Positions 54,933 through 64,000 of a stretch of 64,000 bases of DNA are shown here, piece by piece. Every line of letters begins with the position of its first letter. Position 1 is the first letter of the stretch. The DNA is from Eledone cirrhosa (taxonomy: Eukaryota), in the NCBI GenBank assembly GCA_964016885.1, contig OZ024743.1, forward strand, positions 231,508,001 to 231,572,000, in the 5' to 3' direction. The position numbers were made by a program, and so were the translations under genes. Under the pieces are notes generated by a model. It did no database searches and was not told the origin of the DNA. It worked only from the letters and a program-made list of their open reading frames with translations.

Positions 54933-55282
54933 GCGTGTGTGTGTGTGTTTGTGTGTGTGTGGGTGCGTGTGCGTGCGTGCGTGATATTTCCTAATGTAGT
55001 GGTCTATTGGAATTCAAATTCAATATAACTATCTCTGTAATATGTCTGCAAAAAATAATATGTATAAAATATATTTCAAAATTATGAGAACAAATCATGT
55101 CATGTTCGTTAAATAAAGTCTCAGTATAGTAATGGTGTTGATTCATCTTCTCTCTTGTTGTCTAGAAGAAAACAGCTGTGTTCAAAAATAAGGAGTGGTG
55201 GTCTCTTCCAAGTAAAAATTGCGTAAGACACGCCATATGTCTCAATCTATAATTCGATTACGAGTTAATGGCCATTTGTACT

Positions 55283-55795
55283 GGCAGTGGTCTGAGTTCA
55301 AATCCCGCCGAGGTTAACTTTGCCTTTCATCCTTACGGGGTCAATAAAATAAAGTACCAGTAATACACTGGGATAATTGCTGCCCTTGTGCCAGAAGTAG
55401 AAACAATTATTACTTGCAATATCAGTAGATTGGCAATATCGGTAGAAGGTCGGACGCTATGCTTTGCATCATAGTTACGGCCCATTACGGTTTCAGTTCA
55501 AATCCCGCCGAGGTTAGCGTTGCCTTTCGCCATTACGGGGTCGATAACATAAATCACCATTAATGCAGTGGGATAATTGCTGGTCTTGTGCCAAACGTAG
55601 AAACAAGTATTACTGACAGTATCGGTAGAGGGTCGGAGACCATGATTTTCAGCATAAAGTTACGGCCCTTTACGGTCTAATTTCAAATCCTGTCGAGGTT
55701 AGCTTTCCTTTCACCATTACGGGGTCGATAAAATAAAGCACCAGTAATGCATTGGGTTAATTGCTGGCCTTATGTCAATAGTAGAAACAATAATT
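55283..55795 (+). mobile_element. Three head-to-tail SINE copies
   Basis: Three iterations of ttcaaatcc.g.cgaggtta..ttacggggtc.ata..gtagaaacaa. Confidence 0.85.
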
Positions 55796-56615
55796 ACCGA
55801 CATTGATTTTGTTTTTTACATTAGAACAAGGGCAAATCTGATATAGGAAATCTGTGATGAAGGTCGTTCAGGCAATGCCTACATCGTCTATTTTGGGACA
55901 CTGCGAGAATACTTCGTATAATATATGTTTTATTAAAGATAGTAAGGTGTAACTTGCAGGAGAATCTGTTGCTATTTATAACTGGTAGCATAATCCTTAA
56001 GAGGCAATTTCATTAGCACGAGATGTCGTTGTTGCGGTTTGTGATGCAATACGATGGTACAGTGTAGAATGCGGGATATTTGGCTACTATTTCTAGCAGT
56101 TATAACAATATTTAGATACTATTTATTTGGCTGAAGCCGTTGTTGTGGTGGTGAATGATGTATTAGCTGCTGATGTTGTGCTTTAAGGCATGCGAAGTGA
56201 AGTTTATATTTTTCAAGCAGTCGGTATCAGGTGGTGTTATATGAGACAGAGATCAGAAGGATTCTAGCATGAGGTAATGGGATGTTGATAGAAAAGGTGA
56301 GGGTTATACGAGTAAGAAGAAGAGTAGAAAAGGAAGGAAGAGAAATCAGAGGAGAAATAAAGAGGCGCGGACGTGGTGAGCAGGTGGTGTGGTGTGTTGG
56401 CCACTTCATACGTCTCAAATAGATTGTCAACACGGCTAGAAGCTATGTCCAAGATTATATACTATATAGTGTCTTCATTTCAGAAGTTGCTGTGTATTTG
56501 TCTATGTGTATGTAATAACTTGTGAGTACAGTATAGAAGACAACATGGAAAATTGCTGTTTTATATAGGCATCTGCACACTTACGTTCACGCACGCACAC
56601 AGACACACACACACA

Positions 56616-56719
<104 letters not shown>

Positions 56720-56745
56720 CTATGTATACTATACACATATATATG

Positions 56746-56868
<123 letters not shown>

Positions 56869-57021
56869 ATGCCAAGAATGACGCGCAGAAACTCGCAAAG
56901 GGGGGCGTCATTTATGTATATATATATATATAATGATATGTGCAAGATTTATATTATATTGCAATACATATATATATAGTTATACACACGCGCATACACC
57001 TCCTATACACACACACATATG

Positions 57022-57072
<51 letters not shown>

Positions 57073-57101
57073 TCACATATAACAAAGATATATATATATT
57101 T

Positions 57102-57146
<45 letters not shown>

Positions 57147-57222
57147 CGTGTGTGTGTGTGTCCCAAGGCTCTGATACCTCCAACACCATAAACACAGAGC
57201 TGGCATATCTAAGAAGTGACTA

Positions 57223-57278
57223 ACTGCCTGATGAGGTCATAGCCATTCAATGGCTATCATCGAAATATATATAGTAGT
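57223..57278 (+). ncRNA. Minimal type I hammerhead ribozyme
   Basis: actgc CTGATGA ggtcatagccat-tca-atggctatcatc GAAA tatata TA gtagt. Confidence 0.8.
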
Positions 57279-57319
57279 AAATAAAGGATTATGAGTTCAT
57301 GCAATTGACTTATGTTTCG

Positions 57320-57387
<68 letters not shown>

Positions 57388-57394
57388 AATATAC

Positions 57395-57479
<85 letters not shown>

Positions 57480-57954
57480 CTGTCAAAATACATATTAACA
57501 TCATCTCTATTAGTTTTAATTCTATCAACACTTCTATTCTTTATCATTTAATATATAATGCTATAGATAAAATAAGATTTCTCAATTCAATTCCCTAAAG
57601 CATATACCAACAGGCTACCAGTATTGTTGTTATACAGTAGCAGTGAAAATCTCTCTCCCTTACTGACACCTTATAACTGTATTAATACTACCACACCAAG
57701 CCACCAGCCCGGTCCATTGTTCAACTGGTCAAATATAAATTAAAATCGGCACGCCCAAAAATTCTTATTACACACACACACACACATATTTATATGTGCG
57801 TGTATTTGTATACCTACGGCGAGTGTTTTCGCCTATGCTTGTGTATGTCAGTATTTGGATGCGTGTATGTATTTATTTAATTTCAATTACCTCTGTATTT
57901 TATTTACTTTATTCTTAACTCTGAAGCGGAGAATCATTCGGTTTCCTAGTTAGA

Positions 57955-58215
57955 ATTTTATTCTACGACTTCAGTTATACCATTTACGTGGTTTTGTCTT
58001 TGCGTGCAATTGTTCTCCACGCTCCACATATGACGTATTATCTTCGTTTTTTCCGTTCTTTGCCAGAGAACGTCTCTAAGAACCACCTAAGAGAATATTA
58101 GTCTACGACTTCTGTTATACCATAAACGTGGTTCTGTCTTTGTGTGTAATTGTTTTTCACCGCTCCAAATAATGACGTATTATATTCGTTTTTTCCCGTT
58201 CTTTGCCAGAGAACA
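57955..58215 (+). repeat. About 115-bp direct repeat pair
   Basis: tctacgacttc.gttatacca...ttttccgttctttgccagagaac occurs twice. Confidence 0.75.
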
Positions 58216-58862
58216 TTTCCACGAACCAAAGTATCGTCTTCCTGTCTTCCTCCGGTTGCAATGTTTTTTGAAATATTCACTTCTGCGTTTACAGATTGAC
58301 TTTGGCAGTTTTAGAAGATCCCGTTAAGGGTGAAAGCAGCGATTCTTTGCTTAAAATTTAATCTGTTATTTTAATAAATATTTGCTCTACGGTTCTTATA
58401 TATTTGATATATATCCTTATCGAGCCCTCTTTGGATTTTAGTCTTGAAATTTATTATTATTACATATATATATATACATATATATAAATACATTATCGGA
58501 GGAAGCTTTTGGCGATACTCCGGCCAAATTCCAACTCACTCAACAAACATTAGGAAATAAGTGAGTATATTCCTAATTAAACGTTCGGGGTGCTAACTAA
58601 ATGTATTGTGTGGAAATTGGCTGTATTATTTCATATGAGACATATCAAATATATCTCTTCCCAGACGGACGTCTCGTTTCATTATAAGATTCCTACAAGT
58701 TTGGATGAAATTATACCAATTTATGCAGAAGCTTGTATAAGATCAACATATATATATATATATATATATAACGAAGGAAATGTGGTAAGGAACCAGGTGG
58801 ACCATAACGCACCAAAGTACTCAATACTTGAGGTAGTAGAGTGGGTAATAGGAACCAGTAAG

Positions 58863-58956
58863 ACCCCGACAGCTGAGCTCAAGCCGTTTCGACGGCTAAT
58901 TCTGGACTAAATGAACATTTATCCTGGTATTTAAATAGCCGATCTTCTCAAGGGGT
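58863..58956 (-). ncRNA. Hammerhead ribozyme with U3-A8 core
   Basis: Mirror image of 61493-61586. Confidence 0.78.
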
Positions 58957-60054
58957 AATTCCATATATGGTCAAAGTGATTGTCAAAAATCAGTAGTAAT
59001 TCTGTGGTTGCAAATTAGTAGGGGAGATGGTGGCTAAACCTGCCAGTAGGAGAAAGAGGGGAGGGGGTGGAGTAGACCCAATCAAGCGTTGGTAGTGCCA
59101 GCTACAGCTGGGCATGAGGTCAAAGAAGATACAGGGGAGGGGGAGGGGGAGGAAGTCGGAACGGTAGGTAGAACAATGGGGGGTAAAAATAGGAAAGAAA
59201 AAATACTGAGAGTGAAGAAAAGCAAAAAAGTGTAAAGAAAAAATTAAATTCTACGACCTAGGTGTCAGGCTATTGTTAGGCGAGAATAAAATAAAGAAAG
59301 AAAGAAAGAAGTAAATAAATAAATAAATAAATAAATAAGGAAATAAGTAAAAGAACTAGGTGGGACGAATTAAGCAAGGACCCTTTTAAGAGGTATAAGT
59401 ACGTAAATGATACGGTGACTGGTCAACAAAAGGGGCCAAAATACTAAAGAGACTACCACGAAATAAACAATAAAGGTTTCCATCCCGGGCCAGCAACGAC
59501 CCAGTGCAGCAAAGTGAACTTGTACGACATAATAATTCTGAGTCCCGGGAAAAATATATACTAATGCTAACTCTAAAAGATCTAAAACAAGCTACATGAA
59601 AGTTCGTACGAAATAAAGGTAGAATACGGAGAAATAAGTTCAGAATCCACCCCGCCCAGAAGAAAAGCGAAGCAAGAAATACTGAAACGAAAAAATAAGG
59701 CATAAGTGCCACTAAGAAATAAAGAGGGCACAGAGAATAGTGGGAGCGGTCGAAAAAGGGGGGCAAGTATCCGGGGTCTAAGCCAACTGCTATAAAGGGC
59801 GGAGTCCGCCAAATCTATCAAAGACTAGGGGAGGGGGGAGTGGGGGTACTAAGGCTACATGGGGCCAAAGGGCAGCCTCGGGTGGGCGAGAAAAGACGCC
59901 GACAAAGGAGAAGAGCTGGGGTAGAAGGACAAAGGAGAGAGGGGGGAAGGAAATAAAGGATGCGATAAAAGAATACAAAGAAGATCTTACGTCTTCCTTG
60001 GCAAGCAGGGGTTACCCATTGCAAAATCGGCAACTGGGGTGTTAAAGCCCTAGT

Positions 60055-60567
60055 CTACCCCCCCGGGTCATTATGGGGTTTGAGGGCGAGGTAAGTCCTA
60101 CGCAATCTATGTTTACATGCAGTAACCAGTTCATCTTTCTTGTTTAGGAGTTGGTCCGTCGAAAACAGCATTTGTAAAGTTTCCTCCGAGCATAAATTGC
60201 ACGGACGGCGTCCTCCCGTGTAAGAATTGGCTCTGGACAGTAATCTCCAAGTGAGATCATAGGTGATGTTGTTGTCCTTGAGGTCCCATATGTGGCCCGA
60301 AAGTGTAGTGGCGTGACGCCGGGCCGGGTTTCGGAAGGTATGTCTATGTTGGTATAGCCGGGTCTTGAAGTCACATGCGGTAAGTCCTATATAGGCTTTG
60401 TTGGAGGTATCCGTCCTCACGTTGCACTGGTAGATCACATTACGGTCTCTGCATCTATTGTCGAGTGGGCAAATAGATCTATCCGGGCAGTTACACCTCC
60501 TGGTCGGTTCTCCACTGCTATTTAGGTTATTTCTGCCATCGGGGTTGAGTTTTTTGTTGTTAGAGGA
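60055..60567 (-). CDS. PLE GIY-YIG endonuclease domain (truncated, uninterrupted)
   Basis: CNCPDRSICPLDNRC..NVIYQC, AYIGLT...FKTRLYQH, CNLCSEE, LLNKKDEL..ACKH. Confidence 0.9.
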   Translation of the reverse strand, partial: SSNNKKLNPDGRNNLNSSGEPTRRCNCPDRSICPLDNRCRDRNVIYQCNVRTDTSNKAYIGLTACDFKTRLYQHRHTFRNPARRHATTLSGHIWDLKDNNITYDLTWRLLSRANSYTGGRRPCNLCSEETLQMLFSTDQLLNKKDELVTACKHRLRRTYLALKPHNDPGG

Positions 60568-61492
60568 CCGAGGCTGCCCTTTGGCCCCATGTAGCCTTAG
60601 TACCCCCACTCCCCCCTCCCCTAGTCTTTGATAGATTTGGCGGACTCCGCCCTTTATAGCAGTTGGCTTAGACCCCGGATACTTGCCCCCCTTTTTCGAC
60701 CGCTCCCACTATTCTCTGTGCCCTCTTTATTTCTTAGTGGCACTTATGCCTTATTTTTTCGTTTCAGTATTTCTTGCTTCGCTTTTCTTCTGGGCGGGGT
60801 GGATTCTGAACTTATTTCTCCGTATTCTACCTTTATTTCGTACGAACTTTCATGTAGCTTGTTTTAGATCTTTTAGAGTTAGCATTAGTATATATTTTTC
60901 CCGGGACTCAGAATTATTATGTCGTACAAGTTCACTTTGCTGCACTGGGTCGTTGCTGGCCCGGGATGGAAACCTTTATTGTTTATTTCGTGGTAGTCTC
61001 TTTAGTATTTTGGCCCCTTTTGTTGACCAGTCACCGTATCATTTACGTACTTATACCTCTTAAAAGGGTCCTTGCTTAATTCGTCCCACCTAGTTCTTTT
61101 ACTTATTTCCTTATTTATTTATTTATTTATTTATTTACTTCTTTCTTTCTTTCTTTATTTTATTCTCGCCTAACAATAGCCTGACACCTAGGTCGTAGAA
61201 TTTAATTTTTTCTTTACACTTTTTTGCTTTTCTTCACTCTCAGTATTTTTTCTTTCCTATTTTTACCCCCCATTGTTCTACCTACCGTTCCGACTTCCTC
61301 CCCCTCCCCCTCCCCTGTATCTTCTTTGACCTCATGCCCAGCTGTAGCTGGCACTACCAACGCTTGATTGGGTCTACTCCACCCCCTCCCCTCTTTCTCC
61401 TACTGGCAGGTTTAGCCACCATCTCCCCTACTAATTTGCAACCACAGAATTACTACTGATTTTTGACAATCACTTTGACCATATATGGAATT

Positions 61493-61586
61493 ACCCCTTG
61501 AGAAGATCGGCTATTTAAATACCAGGATAAATGTTCATTTAGTCCAGAATTAGCCGTCGAAACGGCTTGAGCTCAGCTGTCGGGGT
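61493..61586 (+). ncRNA. Hammerhead ribozyme with U3-A8 core, GUC site after 61581
   Basis: acccc TTGAGAA ga(t)cggcta...tagccgtc GAAA cggc-ttgagctca-gctg TC ggggt. Confidence 0.8.
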
Positions 61587-61596
61587 CTTACTGGTT

Positions 61597-61713
<117 letters not shown>

Positions 61714-61984
61714 TTATATTATATATATATATATATAAAAGGTGACGTGGTTGCCCAAACACTGTACGGCGTAATTCGGACTGTTTGTTTGTTTACAAAC
61801 AAACCGAACATTATAATAAATGTTCGGTAAACCGATACGTGCATATATATATGTGTGCATGTATGTATATATATACATACTACTCTACGTCTGTATACAT
61901 ATATGTATGTACGTATACATACATACTTACATTTAAGTAAGTGCCGTACTAAGAGTGAGAAATAAAATTTCGTTTTATTCTATT

Positions 61985-62101
<117 letters not shown>

Positions 62102-62153
62102 CAGTATAAAAGAGAAAACACAGGTAAGCATTAAGAGAAGGATTTAATCCAGG

Positions 62154-62254
62154 TATTTACGACCGTTTCATTGGTAGTGCAACCTTATATTGCTATACTG
62201 CAAATAGCAGCCACTCAATTATAATTGTTGTTCACAGTCCAAATTTTCAAAATA
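62154..62254 (-). ncRNA. Hammerhead motif with U3-A8 core in the inverted pLTR upstream of the RT ORF
   Basis: Reverse complement: tatt TTGAAAA tttgg...ccaat GAAA cggtcg TA aata. Confidence 0.6.
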
Positions 62255-62455
62255 GCGAGTTACTCTTGAAATAATTCTTAATATATAGCGAAAAACATTT
62301 ATTTGGAATTGTATTTACTAGTATAGAGAGAGAGGAATCAGGAGGTGAGATGACAGACGGCATAGTATAGAGAGAGAGGAAGGGGGAAGAGGTAGGAAGT
62401 AGAATGACAAACTGAGGTGGAGGTAGGGGTAGAGGTGAAAGGATTCTTTGGTCAG

Positions 62456-64000
62456 TTTTATACGCAGAGTTAGATGGAAAACTTTCCATTATACAAAGGA
62501 CGTAATGGTCGCACCGTGGAATATAACAAGGAAACATACGGCTTCAAATCGTGTAAAAACCCACCTACCAACCCTCAACTGGATGCCTTTGAACAGGACT
62601 TACTGAAGATGATTATGAATATCAAATTCAAAAAGCGGAGGAATAATAAACTCCAGAATGACATAAATACATTCATAAAAAAGCTGCGAACCACCAATGG
62701 AATTATTGTCAAAGCGGACAAAACATCAAATGTGTATACGATGGATGTCAATACATACAATAGCTTCATACGGAAAGAATTACTTAGGAAATACAAAAAA
62801 ACAAATGAGGCGGCACTGATAAACATCAACAACGAGGCACACAATATAGTCAAACACCTAGGAATAGACGACAGAACGGAGCTACTTAAGCCATGTACCC
62901 CCACATTTAACCTCGAGGACCACAAGGTAAATTTTGATTATAACCCGACTATTAGACTTATATGCCCATCCAAATCGGACATCGGGAAAATTAGTAAACA
63001 TATATTAGACAGAGTGATAGCACAAATGAAGAATAAACTAGTGATTAAACTATGGGGTAACGCTACCGAAACAATTAAATGGTTTAACAATATAGCTAAC
63101 AAGGAAGTATCTAAATTTATACAATTTGACATTAACGATTATTACTCATCTATATCCCCCAACACCTTGGATAAAGCCTTAGCATTCGCCAAAGCCAATT
63201 CTGACATAACAGACGACGAGATAAAAATCATACTAGCTGCTAGGAAAACAATAATTAAATTTGAAAACGCCTATTGGGAACGTAAGGATAGATTAAATAA
63301 CTTTGACATCACGATGGGGGCTAACGACTCGGCTCAAGTCACAGACTTAGTAGGTATTTACATAGCCCATAGTTTACAAAGCGAGTTTAGCGACCTTCAC
63401 GGTGGAATCTACAGAGACGACGCCCTTCTCCTAGTTAAGAACCTAAATAACCAGAGCATAGAAAGACTCCGTAAGAATATTAGAAAGACTCTCGGAAAAC
63501 TGGACCTTAGCATAACGTACGAGTATAGCACTAAAACAGTTAACTATCTAGATGTGACGCTTAACCTAAATACGGGACTTATAATACCTTTTCACAAGAT
63601 TAATGAAAACTTAGCATACATCAACTGTAACTCAAACCACCCACTATCAATAATTAAATCCATTCCAAGCAGCATATCCCTTAGGATCTCCCGCCTCTCA
63701 TCTAACCGGCAAATCTTCGAAGAACATGCAGAATACTACAATGCCGCATTAGACAAGGCAGGCCACTTAGATAGAGTATATATAGATGAAAGCCTCTGTG
63801 AAGCACACACGAACACGCATAACACAAACTCCAGAAACACACGCATACACACGTTTACGCATAGAACCGCAAAGTATACGGCAAATGGAAGTACAACATC
63901 GAAATCAAACAAGTCACGCAGTAGAAAATATATTTGGTATAACCCCATATTTAACACCTCTATTAGTACTAACCTACCCTCTACTTTCTTTAGAATAATA
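62456..64000 (+). CDS. PLE reverse transcriptase (Neptune/Nematis-like), running off the window end; one apparent frameshift near 62500-62519
   Basis: RRVRWK, then an open frame 62474-64000: YGFKS..PP, KADKT, DHK.NF..NP..RLI.PSKSDIG, FIQFDI.DYYSSI, FDITMG, YRDD, NYLDVTLNL, SNHP, IWYNP; absent from the ORF track because no stop lies in the window. Confidence 0.92.

Noticed and set aside
59386-61063. Duplicated 126-aa hydrophobic ORFs
   Set aside because: They arise from T-rich pLTR sequence in the inverted arms and contain no recognisable domain.

Overview
AT-rich, repeat-saturated eukaryotic DNA. The SINE motifs and very long (TA)n/(CA)n tracts suggest a cephalopod (octopus-like) genome; that assignment is an inference. 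No confident host protein-coding gene was found. 1-17.6 kb is a head-to-tail array of decayed R4/Dong-type non-LTR retrotransposons with (AAT)n tails, interrupted by a decayed Charlie/Buster hAT transposon that contains a second hAT. From 18 kb onward the window is dominated by Penelope-like elements (PLEs; RT and GIY-YIG fragments, inverted and tandem pseudo-LTRs), most of them abutting (TA)n tracts. By eye I found about 18 hammerhead-ribozyme motifs, intact or decayed, in these repeats. Five sequence-distinct families use a U3-A8 core (TTGANAA) instead of the canonical CUGANGA. There are also non-coding, tandem, hammerhead-bearing repeats (593 bp and 442 bp, retrozyme-like). A 290-bp tandem/inverted element carries an internal tRNA-Gln-like cloverleaf and has a PLE-style insertion architecture. 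Also present: SINEs, an RTE fragment, a TTAA MITE and a 9-bp minisatellite reading (Gly-Gly-Asp)n. All structures and coordinates were derived by manual reading, not computation.
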